Positions 20,999 to 31,244 of a stretch of DNA of 64,000 nt are shown piece by piece. The stretch is from the NCBI GenBank assembly GCA_963662465.1, contig OY759599.1, forward strand, positions 8,064,001 through 8,128,000. Reading direction: 5' to 3'. The notes beneath the pieces are model-generated. The model ran no database searches. It saw only the letters and a list, made by a program, of their open reading frames with translations, and was not told the origin of the DNA. The position numbers and the translations under genes were made by a program. Source of the stretch: Desulfatiglandales bacterium (GTDB taxonomy: Bacteria > Desulfobacterota > DSM-4660 > Desulfatiglandales > Desulfatiglandaceae). Every line of letters begins with the position of its first letter. Position 1 is the first letter of the stretch.

Positions 20999-21598
20999 CT
21001 AAAGAGAGTTTTTAATGAAATACCATAAATGATGTGCCAGTCGGGATGGATTCAAGGCGAGCAAATCAGGGGGAAAGAATTCTGTATTTCGTTTCCGATA
21101 AACAGCCGCGATACGCAGTTTGGCATTCCAGTCCAGTTGGTCAACATTGTCGATGAAAACCCACTCCATATACTTTTCCCTCTCAACCTCCTTTATGGAT
21201 TCTGCCAATCGGGACAATATCAGCTCCATTCCCTCCAGTTTGGTGTCAGAGGCATCCATGAGCGCCACATCATAACCATCGTCGTGAGCGCCCGGGTAAT
21301 TTTTTCTGAGCAGGGAAACGGCCTCGGCAAGGGCCTCTTCGGTGGAAAGGTGTCGGGGAAGGCGAAGCCCGGTCTTGTAGACGTGGGAAACAAACCTGCC
21401 GATTATTCTATTGAAGTCACAATGGGAACAACCTTCTTCGGTCTCCCATCGAAATGCCTGTGCCGCCTGATCGATGGGGTCATCAATTTCATTAGCCATC
21501 TGTTTTCCATCGAGGAGCATCATGATGGCATCGATGGCCTTGTCTGCCGAATGATCGGTATCAGAACTCCTCATAGGTGAACTCCTCGGGTGCTTCAC
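20999..21598 (-). CDS. Hypothetical protein, copy of the island's repeated helical domain
   Basis: Aligns by eye with the C-terminal about 190 aa of 23780-25336. Confidence 0.7.
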   Translation of the reverse strand: MKHPRSSPMRSSDTDHSADKAIDAIMMLLDGKQMANEIDDPIDQAAQAFRWETEEGCSHCDFNRIIGRFVSHVYKTGLRLPRHLSTEEALAEAVSLLRKNYPGAHDDGYDVALMDASDTKLEGMELILSRLAESIKEVEREKYMEWVFIDNVDQLDWNAKLRIAAVYRKRNTEFFPPDLLALNPSRLAHHLWYFIKNSL

Positions 21599-23756
21599 TT
21601 TGGACAGGGGTCAAAGGACTATGGTGGAGATCCCAACGCCGGTTCCTTTGCCGGATGAGATCACGGACCACATGCACCGGTTTGTAATATTGCCTGTAGG
21701 AGCGCTCTATAATGGCATCTCTAAAATGTCGCTCGGGAATTTCCAGAGGGCCGGACAACTCCACCTTTACGATGTCTATTCCGATACGGGCGACTGCCTG
21801 GCCAAGTTTTAGATTTACGAGGTCATCGCTTCGAACAAGGCCGTTAAGGTCCTTGGTCAAATAGCGGGCATCTTTACCGTCCACATTCATGATGATGGTC
21901 GTACCCACGCTGGATAAGGCGTCAATCTTCTTGGTGCCAAACTGGCTGAGGTAATGATGGGCCAAGGTAAGGCTGGCATTGAATTTTCTCGTCTCGGAAA
22001 TGAGGTCTTCCATTGCGGGGGTCAGGAAGCGATGGGCCTCATCTACATGAAGAAAAAACTGTTTACGTTCTTTTTCCTTGGTGTCACTCCGGCCCAAGGC
22101 GGCAAGATGGAAAAGCGATAAAATAAAACACCCCAGTATCTCCCGGACTTCTGAGCCTATGGTGGAAAGGTCTACCAGAAAAATCATTCCTTCGTCCATG
22201 ATCCGACGAAAATCGATGACGTTCTCCGGCTGGGACAGCATCAGGGCGACCGTGCCGGAGACGAGAAGCTTGCTCAGTTTATGTTTTGGAGGGCCAAGGG
22301 CCTCGTTGGAATAATTCAGGAAATCCTCTTGCCAGAATCGGAGGGCGGTCTGGTTATCCACCACCTTGATGATCTCTTTGCGGAGCCGCTCGCTCTCTTC
22401 GCTCCCGCGGCGAAGAAGGTCAGACAGATCCAAAAGAGTGCTGCCGGGTAGCTGAAGAAGGGCATAGAGGCCGTGCCTGAGCAGGTGCTCTAATCGATCC
22501 CCCCATCCCGTAACCACGCTCTTGAACGCAGCCACAATGTCATCTGCGGTACGGGTTACATCCTGCCCGCGATTTCTCTTGAGACAGTTCCACAAAGGAA
22601 CATGATCATGGTTTCCGGGATCAAAGTAGATCGTTTTTTCAACATGCTCTTCCTTTATCAGGCAAAGAAGATCTTCAATAAGGTCTCCATGGGGATCCAG
22701 CACGGCCACACCCATCCCCTTGTCAATGTCGTCTAATATCATTCGAGCCATGGTGGTGGATTTGGCGGTTCCGGGCCTGCCAATGATGTGGGTGGAACGG
22801 GAACGAGACATAAGGGGCATGCAGACCGGGGATTCAACCCCCGCATACTCGCATGTTCCGATAAGCGTGCCCTTATGGAGAGCGATATTTCGTACAGGGA
22901 GCGTTTCAAGGATGTCCATCGGCGCTTCCCGATATTCCAGGATTCCAACCGGAGGAATGTGTACAAGTCCGGCAAGCTCTGCAGAGTTGACAAGGAAGCC
23001 GGGACGATACGTCACGCCCAAGAGAAACATATCCATGATCCTTTCACTGGAGATAACCCTGCGGTATTGTGTATCGGTGATGGATTCAAGGGGACGACCG
23101 CCGTGCTGGAATACGCTCAAAAATGTAGAGATTGCCTTGAGATAGAAATCCCCAAATTCCTTCCCTGATATCATTCCCACTCGGATCGCAGCAGAATAGA
23201 AGGGTTTATCGTTGTGGGCTTTACATTCAACATCCTTGGCCATTTCCCGCAAATCCCCGGATGGCGCCTGCTGAAGGTGTTTTTGAGGGGTCTGAAGGCC
23301 GTTTAACAACTTGAGTGAATATTCCAGATCCAGAAGACTTTCCACATTCTGGTGCCAGCAGTGCTCAGGCCTGACGGGTTGCAGGAGTGCTTGATAAAAT
23401 CCAATCCCCGGAGGTTTTATTTCCATGAGGGCGGCGATCAGCGGTTTATAAGAGGAAACCTGGATTTCATCCGGTTGTGTAAGAATGATGTTTCCACCCT
23501 GACGTCTATATTCTTTCTCTAATATTTCCTTTGCCCGTCCCGCGGCCTCGGTGCGGGACATAACTCCCCCATGTACCACACACAGGCTGAAGTGGTAGCT
23601 GAAATAGTCGGCAATCACGTTGGTAAACTCGTCAAAATCTCCGACCGTGTTCTTGCTGAGAGAGAAATGCACGCGCGCTTCGTCGTGAGAATTCGTGACA
23701 TTCTTGGCAATTGCCAGCTCATCCAATGCTGCCACAAGGCTTTCCAATGATCCCAT
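21561..23756 (-). CDS. VirD4/TraG/HerA-like P-loop ATPase with a fused N-terminal fragment of the repeated domain
   Basis: THIIGRPGTAKST, LDPHGDL, LHVDEAHRF, ETRKF, LAHH. Confidence 0.8.
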   Translation of the reverse strand: MGSLESLVAALDELAIAKNVTNSHDEARVHFSLSKNTVGDFDEFTNVIADYFSYHFSLCVVHGGVMSRTEAAGRAKEILEKEYRRQGGNIILTQPDEIQVSSYKPLIAALMEIKPPGIGFYQALLQPVRPEHCWHQNVESLLDLEYSLKLLNGLQTPQKHLQQAPSGDLREMAKDVECKAHNDKPFYSAAIRVGMISGKEFGDFYLKAISTFLSVFQHGGRPLESITDTQYRRVISSERIMDMFLLGVTYRPGFLVNSAELAGLVHIPPVGILEYREAPMDILETLPVRNIALHKGTLIGTCEYAGVESPVCMPLMSRSRSTHIIGRPGTAKSTTMARMILDDIDKGMGVAVLDPHGDLIEDLLCLIKEEHVEKTIYFDPGNHDHVPLWNCLKRNRGQDVTRTADDIVAAFKSVVTGWGDRLEHLLRHGLYALLQLPGSTLLDLSDLLRRGSEESERLRKEIIKVVDNQTALRFWQEDFLNYSNEALGPPKHKLSKLLVSGTVALMLSQPENVIDFRRIMDEGMIFLVDLSTIGSEVREILGCFILSLFHLAALGRSDTKEKERKQFFLHVDEAHRFLTPAMEDLISETRKFNASLTLAHHYLSQFGTKKIDALSSVGTTIIMNVDGKDARYLTKDLNGLVRSDDLVNLKLGQAVARIGIDIVKVELSGPLEIPERHFRDAIIERSYRQYYKPVHVVRDLIRQRNRRWDLHHSPLTPVQSEAPEEFTYEEF

Positions 23757-23779
23757 GTATCCCCCCCTTTTTTATGTCC

Positions 23780-25336
23780 TTAGAGTGTTTTCAGCAGTTC
23801 CGAAACCCTGTCTAACGATTCCATATAGTAGAGTATAACCTCTTCCCAATGGAACGAAAGCTGTTCTGGCGATTTCCCCCTGAGGTCGACTGGCAGTTGC
23901 GGCCCTATCCGTTCCATAAAGACCTTCATTAACCTGATTTTTGCATCCTGGTCAAGAGGGTCTATTGAAACTTTGAGCACCATACCAGTGTGGTTTTTCA
24001 TTTTCTCGTGCTTCAAGTGTTCCGTCATGGAGTCAAACACCAGGCGCATTCCCCCGTTAATGCCGTGCTTTCCCTCTGCCAGTGCGGCATTGTACCCTCC
24101 TTTGCGTGCAAAAGCGGCTCTTACCAGTTCAATTGCCTCAGAAGCAAGAGCACTCCTCTTGAGGCTCCCTTCAGGCGAGCCGATGTGCCGGAAAATATGG
24201 CCATAAAAGGAGGTAATTGCATCGTTGAATGTGAAGCCGTCTTTGACCGTAACGGAATCAGGGGCATAACTGCCCCGGGCATTGTCGAAAGGGTGCCCGA
24301 TCTTTTTGGCCAGGTTTTCTTTGCTTAGTTCTGCCAGGAGCCTTTCAAAAAGCGCGTTTTCCGTGTCATGTTCATGCGATTCGGCGGCGCTGGCTGCATT
24401 GATTGCAAAAGGCCGCTCGCCAAAACCGTCACCAAACAAGGCCTTGTAGAGCTTCCGAACATCCTCTATATCATTTTTTTTGGCATGTTGTGTCAGCTGG
24501 ATACAAAACTCAGGTGAAACCAGTGGAAACAGGTCATCTAACGTTCGTGTGGAGGGAGGCAGGGAAACAACCAGTCGAAATAGTTGTTCACCGAAACGCT
24601 CGGGATAGCTCTGATTTTTGAGGTGAAAATCAACGTAGGCTTGGAGCAGCAGCCGGCCATTTTCGACCATACGATTCATAAGGGACCGCCCCAGGGCATC
24701 CCAGAACCTCTTTTCGTTTCCCTCAACAAACATGCCAACTGTCCTGCCTATGGGGTCTTGGGCCTCTCCGGGAGGGGTCTTCAAACCAAAAAAACCGGTC
24801 TTTAAGCTGCCGAGCACAATGGATGAATCTGTGGCGAAAATCCTCAAGGCATCGGACACATCACCCAAGGGGTAGATCTTTAAATCTCCTTTGTGACGGA
24901 GCAGACTCTCTTTTGCGGATTGATATTCAATTGGCGTCAGGACCTGTAAGGATCGGTCCATTTCAAGTTCCGGAAAGGCCTCGGCCTCCTTTTTAATGCG
25001 CTCATATTCCGCATTCCAATGGGGAATGCTCCTGAATGTGCTTATCAGGGTTTCCTCCTGTTCTTCATTGCCTGTGAACGTATCGGTGGCCAGATCATAG
25101 AGTAAACCGTAGATTACGTCCCTGATTTGTTGTATCCCCTGGTCGGCCCTTACACCGGATGGTTTGAGAGCGGCCCTGGTAAATTCCATGAACTGGCGAA
25201 AACCTTCTAAATATTCCGGTTGGCTGCCGAGTTCTCTGATCTCCTCGAAAGCGTCATCCATTGCGTCTCTTGTATTTACGTTGTTAAGGGCACGAGCAAT
25301 TATCGGAATAAAGTACAAATCCTTGTTATTTGTCAT
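23780..25336 (-). CDS. Hypothetical protein (probable start 25336) ending in the repeated helical domain
   Basis: Long ORF; purine-rich RBS before MTNNKDLYFIP. Confidence 0.65.
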   Translation of the reverse strand: MTNNKDLYFIPIIARALNNVNTRDAMDDAFEEIRELGSQPEYLEGFRQFMEFTRAALKPSGVRADQGIQQIRDVIYGLLYDLATDTFTGNEEQEETLISTFRSIPHWNAEYERIKKEAEAFPELEMDRSLQVLTPIEYQSAKESLLRHKGDLKIYPLGDVSDALRIFATDSSIVLGSLKTGFFGLKTPPGEAQDPIGRTVGMFVEGNEKRFWDALGRSLMNRMVENGRLLLQAYVDFHLKNQSYPERFGEQLFRLVVSLPPSTRTLDDLFPLVSPEFCIQLTQHAKKNDIEDVRKLYKALFGDGFGERPFAINAASAAESHEHDTENALFERLLAELSKENLAKKIGHPFDNARGSYAPDSVTVKDGFTFNDAITSFYGHIFRHIGSPEGSLKRSALASEAIELVRAAFARKGGYNAALAEGKHGINGGMRLVFDSMTEHLKHEKMKNHTGMVLKVSIDPLDQDAKIRLMKVFMERIGPQLPVDLRGKSPEQLSFHWEEVILYYMESLDRVSELLKTL

Positions 25337-25418
25337 TCCCTGAGCCCCTTTCACGTTCAATAAGATCCAGTACCTCTTCCAAACCGCCTGCAACACCGGA
25401 AGAGAGAACTGTTTCCAC

Positions 25419-25535
25419 ACCGTATCCACCATCTTACAGAGAGAGGCCTATATCGGGACCATGGTCTACAACAAGGTCAGCAAGGTCCCGGGCACCGAAA
25501 AAAGAAAGAGAAATCCGGAATCAGAATGGGTGAAT
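25419..25535 (+). pseudogene. Fragment of a large serine recombinase (recombinase domain)
   Basis: Frame reads TVSTILQREAYIGTMVYNK...KRNPESEWV. Confidence 0.6.
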
Positions 25536-25639
25536 GGGATTGTTTACGAATCAACCTCCGGAGGATTGTTTCGCACGAAAAATTCAGGGGCCTGAATTGT
25601 TAGTGCAACAACAAAAAAATAACCGCGTAATCTGTGAAA

Positions 25640-25988
25640 TGCGCCTGTCGGAGATGCCGCTAAGCGGTGCCCCGTTAAATTGGTGGAACCACAGCGTATT
25701 TATCTGGGGTGCCAAGAAAAGCATCAAGAGGGCAATGGCCGCTGAGTGCAGCCGGAAACTGGGCTGTAAGGCCAAGCAGGAAACCCAACGACGATGTCGA
25801 CCTCTAAAAGATGGTGAAAGCCTTTAAGCAGGATTGCAGAAAATGGGCGATGGACCTTCTTTAACAACAGCGGAATCGGGATTCCCTGTGCATGCCTTAC
25901 GACAAGAGTATCGGGAGAGCCGTACAGTGGAAATCTCTACCTACGGTTCGACGAGGACCTCGGGATTAAACCCCCGAGGTTACTCTAC
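25640..25988 (+). mobile_element. ORF-less or internally deleted group II intron
   Basis: 5' TGCG; domain V GAGCCGTA..GAAA..TACGGTTC (25917-25949, AGC triad); domain VI hairpin ending TACTCTAC. Confidence 0.8.
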
Positions 25989-26021
25989 CGGTTCACACAA
26001 CTAAATCCCTTTTTGCTTCTA

Positions 26022-26073
26022 CCTGCCCCGTGAAACCGTTGTTGCAGTTGTTTCACTGGGGTTTAACCGGGGT
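26022..26073. repeat. REP-like hairpin CCTGCCCCGTGAAA..TTTCACTGGGGT with a second right arm; family copies at 45618-45656 and 59777-59828
   Basis: Conserved arms with variable loop in three copies. Confidence 0.75.
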
Positions 26074-26472
26074 GCCAGAAACCCCTTGTCGTTAATAACC
26101 GGGTACAGACCTCAACATAACAACCACCAAGAGTCAACGGCAGATTTGACCCCATGCCCTTTGATGCACATCCCAAGGTCACTGAAGGTGTAAAACCACG
26201 ACCCGGCATCGAGTGGCAGGTGACTTCAATATAAGGACGTTATAACCAACACCCAAATAACGGCAATAAGGAAGGCCTGACCCCATCATCACAACCCTCT
26301 AACGCATCCAAATCCGTGTAACCCAAAGGGCGGAGCTGTCTTCAAGATTTGACTGCAAAACAAAACCAAAAACCGTGTCATCCGTGAAATCCGCGCCAAA
26401 AAAACTAAAGAAACCACCAACGTCCCCTGCACCAATTTGTGTTTCCGCTTTTCACATATGAGGTAACCAGTC

Positions 26473-26697
26473 ATGAAAAGTCGCATCTTTGATAAACATT
26501 TTCCGACGATTCTTGGGGCAGGCAGTGTAATGGAAATCTGGCCAACGGAAAATTATGATCGTTATATGCCAGACCCTATTCCGGCAAATAGCCTCAAGGG
26601 ATATTGGATGAACGTTAACTCGTACGTGTGCAAAGGCATTGTGCAATATGAGTTGGATTGCCATACCAGACTAGCCGAAAGTCTAAATGATGAATAA
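26473..26697 (+). CDS. Small hypothetical protein
   Basis: GAGG RBS; lies between two CCCC-ending motifs. Confidence 0.5.
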   Translation: MKSRIFDKHFPTILGAGSVMEIWPTENYDRYMPDPIPANSLKGYWMNVNSYVCKGIVQYELDCHTRLAESLNDE

Positions 26698-26989
26698 TAA
26701 GCGAAGCCTGACCCCCTAATTTTATGGTCTCGTCCCCCTACCTTTCCGAATACGAACTGAAGAAGAGGGAGTTTAGGGATCGTACGAAAAGGTACGCTTC
26801 GGCTGTTAGTGCCAACGTTCCCCATTACTCCCCAAATGACAAAGAGAGCAAAATACCCTCAGTCCATGAGAAATGCAGTTGCGTAGCAACGTCCCCCATT
26901 CCACAGACCTCAGGAAATTGGGAACCGCTATAAAAATCTGTTGTCATTTTGGCGTCATTAATTTATCCTGTTTGTAAAGAAGGAGGTGT

Positions 26990-27280
26990 ATGATGACGCT
27001 GAACAAAACAGAAGAAAGAATTCCTGCCCGAATGCCCCATGAGGTTTACGAGCGAATTGTTGCGGCTGCCCATACTGTCGGAGCCACACTGAACCAGTTT
27101 CTTGTTCAGGCGGCTATTGACAAAGCGAATGAAATTCTGGAAAGGGAGCGCATTATTTCTCTTACTTCAAAAGACGCAGATACGCTTTTTCATCTGATCG
27201 ATAATCCGCCTGAACCGAATGATCATCTCAAAGCAATTATGAATCAGAGAGAGGCAGAGGCGCTTTTGTGCCGGAAATAG
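26990..27280 (+). CDS. DUF1778 family RHH antitoxin
   Basis: ERIPARMP..TLNQFLVQAA..NPPEPN; AGGAGG RBS. Confidence 0.88.
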   Translation: MMTLNKTEERIPARMPHEVYERIVAAAHTVGATLNQFLVQAAIDKANEILERERIISLTSKDADTLFHLIDNPPEPNDHLKAIMNQREAEALLCRK

Positions 27281-27771
27281 GTTCTCTTTTTCGCCATCAT
27301 GACCGGGCCGGATTTGATTGCGGAGTTCCAGCACTGAACGGTTTTCTCAAGTTCACGGCCAGGCAGCATGGTGATAAAGGGATTTCACGCACATTTGTTT
27401 TAACCGGGCCGGAAAACCCATCCATCATTCTGGGCTATTTTACACTGACACTCTGTGAAGTCAAAACAGAACATCTTCCAGCCTTATATGCCAGGAAATT
27501 TCCGAAACACGGGCTTCCAGCCGTTCGACTGGCCCGCCTGGCCGTTGACACGCGATTTCAGGGTCGTGGATATGGTGGACGTCTTCTTGCCGAAGCGATC
27601 CATCGGACGGTTTTGATTGCGGAACATGCAGGCGTGATTGGACTGTTTGTGGATGCGAAAGATGAAACTGCCTGTCTGTTTTATCAACGGTATGATTTTA
27701 AGTCTCTTCCGGACAATATCCGGAAATTGTTTCTGCCGATTGAAACCCTACGAAAAGGGTCCCTGCGATAA
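27268..27771 (+). CDS. GNAT acetyltransferase toxin (AtaT/TacT type)
   Basis: FDCG..LN.FL, LARLAVD..FQGRGYG, VDAKD, FY; overlaps the antitoxin. Confidence 0.9.
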   Translation: MPEIGSLFRHHDRAGFDCGVPALNGFLKFTARQHGDKGISRTFVLTGPENPSIILGYFTLTLCEVKTEHLPALYARKFPKHGLPAVRLARLAVDTRFQGRGYGGRLLAEAIHRTVLIAEHAGVIGLFVDAKDETACLFYQRYDFKSLPDNIRKLFLPIETLRKGSLR

Positions 27772-27789
27772 CTTCAAAAAGAAGGACCC

Positions 27790-27952
27790 GGAAGCCATCA
27801 GGAAGAACCCGGAAAAGTTCCCGGCAGATTTTATATTCGAGTTGAACGAAAAGGAACAGGATTTTTTAAGGTCGAAAATTTCGACCATAAAGACAGGAAG
27901 GGGCAAGCACGGAAAATTTGCCACAAAGGCTTTCGCGGAACAAGGCATTTGA
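27790..27952 (+). pseudogene. ORF6N (KilA-N-like) domain fragment
   Basis: AIRKNPEKFPADFIFEL...AFAEQGI, no start. Confidence 0.65.
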
Positions 27953-28261
27953 TATTCGACAAAGGAAAAACAGGCGCGGTATGGAAAACACGGCAAATAG
28001 AAATATGAGAGAAACGCAAGAACGCATGGGCGTCCCCAAGGGCCCCAGAATATGCTGGTCAGCTGGGTGAGATCCATGCCCTGGGTTTATAATGCGTGCC
28101 CTAATCAAGTCCTTAACCCCTAAATCTTAAATCCTAATAACCACAATAAATAAACCCTGACCCCCTAATAAAAAATCCGTGTAATCCGTGAAATCCGCGC
28201 CAAAAAAAGAAAAAACAGTCATCCCCAACCCCAATAACGACAATAAAGAAAGCCTGACCCC

Positions 28262-28480
28262 CTGATTGTTATGACCCATGTCGCAGGTTTTCCATTTTCC
28301 ATCGTGAACTTTCACAGTATTTATGCCGCGCCCAAAGATTATCTCCTGGAACTGGCCGGCAGACAGAACCTACGCATTCGGCTTCGGCCGCCATACCGGG
28401 AAAACCTGTCGCAGGCCTTTGGCAAGTATTTTATGCGTGTTGGGCTTCCTCTGGATATTCGAGCGTTTGCTCGCAGTTAG
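28262..28480 (+). pseudogene. 3' fragment of a conserved hypothetical gene
   Basis: LRPPYRENLSQAFGKYFMRVGLP; begins right after GCCTGACCCC. Confidence 0.5.
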
Positions 28481-28539
28481 ATAGGATGTCCCCATTATAA
28501 TACAAGCGTAAACTAGTGAAACAAGCAACGTCCCCCATT

Positions 28540-29288
28540 ATTTTTTTGACAGGTTCGAAATAGTTACATTCAAGTATCCAGTCGAATGTTGTACTTTGAC
28601 CTCCACCTCTCAGATTTATAGGAATTTCCTTTAAGTAGCCATTTACTATTATTTTTGTGCCAGGGCATGACCTCTTTTCAGATATTGGCGATATAAGGTC
28701 TTGTTTTAAGAAAATTTTCATTTTTTTTGGTTGTTCACCACCGTCAAGGGTTTCAATATCTTCTTCAATCGTCATATGTTGGGCATCTATCAATTCTTTA
28801 GAAAGCATTTTGAATTTACCCTTACGCCCACATCCACATCTTGAAGGCTCTCTAAATTTCTGTTCAAGTTGAAGAAGTGGTATGATATTTCCACATGAAG
28901 GGCATTCAAATTTTGATGTTACAACTTGAGGTCTAATGTCGCTTTTTTGTCGAATAGTTCCTTGAACACAAATGAATTTTTCTAAATGTTTGCTTCGTAA
29001 GTCTCTGATTCGCTTTTTCTGACTTTTTGGAATATTTTTAATCCTTACAATTACTTCAATATTATTTTTGATAGCGAGATCAAATAATGAAATTGATATA
29101 CTTACTGCCTTAAGGGATTCCTCAGGATTTTCAATCAGGTCTTCTGCTAAATTGATATTCTGTTTTGATATTTCATTAAAATCCATAACGAAATATCTAT
29201 CCCCTTTTCTTACAGATTCTATAAGGGTGTCATAATAGAGGATTTCTATTAATTTTCTGTATTCACCTATTTGTTCTTGGGTTTCCAT
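28540..29288 (-). pseudogene. mcm: Archaeal-type MCM helicase, N-terminal domain only; ATPase domain missing
   Basis: IRDLRSKHL, VQGTIRQKSDIRPQ, FECPSCG..CGCG zinc finger, DAQ, GGEQP, PGTKIIVNG; similarity stops at the CAACGTCCCCCATT motif. Confidence 0.88.
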
Positions 29289-30034
29289 TGTATAATTTGT
29301 TTAGGAGATAATTTTCTATAGCATTCTTTATGCAGAAATACTCCATTGTACACTTCTGAATAATCTTTTGAGTCTTTGTGAATAGGGCGCTTACATTTAG
29401 CACAGTCACCTATCTTGTTTTTTTCTATATCAGCATCTTCATTGATTTCTCCGATTTTAGATTTGTATATTTTATTGAAAGAGATTTTTCTTCTTTCGAT
29501 ATTCGCATAGTCACTTTGATAAAGATATTTGCCATATATCTCATCTAAGAATTGTTCAACAACTGGTTTGAAATCATCAGAGAGTTTGAATAGTTTTGTT
29601 TTTTTATAACTTCTTTTGCCATTTGGATGAATCATATTCCATGTTTCTCTTATAGCTTTATTCTCATTAGAGTCTTCATGCAATTCTTCAACAATATTCT
29701 TCGTTTCAAAGTGAAATAATAAATCTCTTAGGTCTTTGCCATAACCTAGATTGAAATGCATTGTTAGTTCCCAAAGGCTTGAGACTCCAACGTTATATAG
29801 GACATAAACTAATTTGCTTTTCGTTTTATCAAGGAATATAGAAAGGATATCTCTGAAGTTTCTTTCAAAATTCAGATTTATATTTTGATCATTATGGATT
29901 TCGAGTTTTGAGACAAAATCACAGATTACACATACCCTTCTCTGAAATTTGTTTTCAGTGGGTGTGATTGTTGCCACCTCTTTCAAATTTATCCGGCCTT
30001 GCAGAGAAATCAGTAATTTCTTCAGGATCAACAA
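29267..30034 (-). CDS. Hypothetical protein with C-terminal CxxC..HxxC zinc finger (start uncertain)
   Basis: AT-rich ORF overlapping the mcm start; CAKC..HKEC. Confidence 0.6.
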   Translation of the reverse strand: MLILKKLLISLQGRINLKEVATITPTENKFQRRVCVICDFVSKLEIHNDQNINLNFERNFRDILSIFLDKTKSKLVYVLYNVGVSSLWELTMHFNLGYGKDLRDLLFHFETKNIVEELHEDSNENKAIRETWNMIHPNGKRSYKKTKLFKLSDDFKPVVEQFLDEIYGKYLYQSDYANIERRKISFNKIYKSKIGEINEDADIEKNKIGDCAKCKRPIHKDSKDYSEVYNGVFLHKECYRKLSPKQIIQWKPKNK

Positions 30035-30185
30035 GCCAAATGAAATTAGATCCTTTTATGAATAGTTTATTATCTGAAGTAATATTTTTTAGAATTCCGA
30101 TTGCTTTTCTTTTATTCTTTCTTTCAGCAACAACAAACATTCCTATAAAGTTTCTGTACTGCTCAACTAAACTATCATTTGTCAA
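29955..30185 (-). CDS. Small hypothetical protein, possibly Sm/SH3-like
   Basis: GAGGTG RBS before TTG; beta-strand-like pattern. Confidence 0.55.
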   Translation of the reverse strand: MTNDSLVEQYRNFIGMFVVAERKNKRKAIGILKNITSDNKLFIKGSNFIWLVDPEEITDFSARPDKFERGGNNHTH

Positions 30186-30689
30186 ATATACACCTCTAAA
30201 CTTATCTTATCTAAAACAGTAAAATATATATACTCATTACCCTTAGAATTCACTAAGTTGCTCAATCTTAATGTTTGAGTGATTTAGCCTTGTTCTTTCA
30301 GGGTGGGATCAAGACCAGGGCTGGGTGCTCTGGTCTGCTTTTTTTTAATATCATCTGGAATATCTACAGTTACTATACTTCCTATTTCAACAACATCATT
30401 ATACATTGGTGGGACAGAAATAAATTTTCTTGTGTTTCCATGTCTATCCTTTCCAGCTTTGATTGCCTTTGCCTATAGCGCTCAGATAAACTGGTACAGG
30501 TCTGCTCAGATAAATTGATACACCAATTTTTTTTGGATTTCCCTACCTCTAAAGATAAAAACCCTTTACAGAAAAAGATACCCCTCGTAATACCCTATAA
30601 TTTTGAGACCAATCAAAAAGAAAGAGGTATCACGAGGGTATGCCCAATTACATCAGTGACATAAGTGAGCAACTGGCTTTTTTATAATA

Positions 30690-31235
30690 GAAATCCAAGG
30701 CCATTTTCAATTTATTTCTGGCTGGTACCGGGATGGAGAGGTCCGTGGTCTTGTTGCTCGCTATTATTTTGTTGTTCGCTCGGTTCTCAAGGAGAAACCC
30801 CACCTTAAAAACTGCCTGACTCGTTGCAAGCACTGCGGCATCTTTTTTATCACCCATCCCCGGAATGCCGGCCGAAATAATCTTGGTTGCCCCTTTGGCT
30901 GCCGGGAAGCTCACCGCCGAAAAAAATCCACGGAGAGAAGTACGGAGTATTACCGTAATAAAGAAGGCAAGGAAAAGAAAAAGGCCTTAAACGAGAATCG
31001 CGGCAAAAAGGACAGCCCCCCGAAAGAAAAACAGGCGGAAACAATAGATGATGAACGTGAAGTGGTTGATGGCATTGTTCATCATGTTCGGATGGTTACG
31101 AGCTTGATTGAAGGTCGTAATGTAAGCCTGGATGAAATTTATCGCATGCTGAACAATCCGATGAGACAACACAGCATCGACTCTGCGGAAAAATCGTTTT
31201 ATGGTGGCCCTGGCTCTCGAAAAACTCCCCCGTGA
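30690..31235 (+). CDS. Cys-rich IS21 accessory reading frame; start not evident, possible frameshift in the T-run near 30680
   Basis: Open frame RCKHCGIFF..GCPFGCRE..ending TPP* just before the parB-like gene; absent from the ORF track. Confidence 0.6.
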   Translation, partial: EIQGHFQFISGWYRDGEVRGLVARYYFVVRSVLKEKPHLKNCLTRCKHCGIFFITHPRNAGRNNLGCPFGCREAHRRKKSTERSTEYYRNKEGKEKKKALNENRGKKDSPPKEKQAETIDDEREVVDGIVHHVRMVTSLIEGRNVSLDEIYRMLNNPMRQHSIDSAEKSFYGGPGSRKTPP

Positions 31236-31244
31236 GGAAGCAAA

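Larger units (their letters stand above)
18119..25400 (-). mobile_element. tmRNA-associated integrative element; distal boundary uncertain, no attR seen
   Basis: Integrase next to the ssrA 3' end, then excisionase, primase-like gene and ATPase, all on the minus strand. Confidence 0.75.

Noticed and set aside
18119..25400. Prophage
   Set aside because: No capsid, terminase, portal or tail genes recognised.
25640..25988. Retron or diversity-generating retroelement
   Set aside because: No reverse transcriptase in the window, and differences between duplicated fragments are not confined to adenines.
28431..28539. C-terminal 36 aa of the listed 285-aa MCM ORF
   Set aside because: Read-through across the junction motifs into unrelated DNA; not MCM sequence.
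30648..31172. Minus-strand ORFs at the IS21 left end
   Set aside because: The plus-strand Cys-rich frame, co-oriented with parB-istAB, is the more plausible gene.
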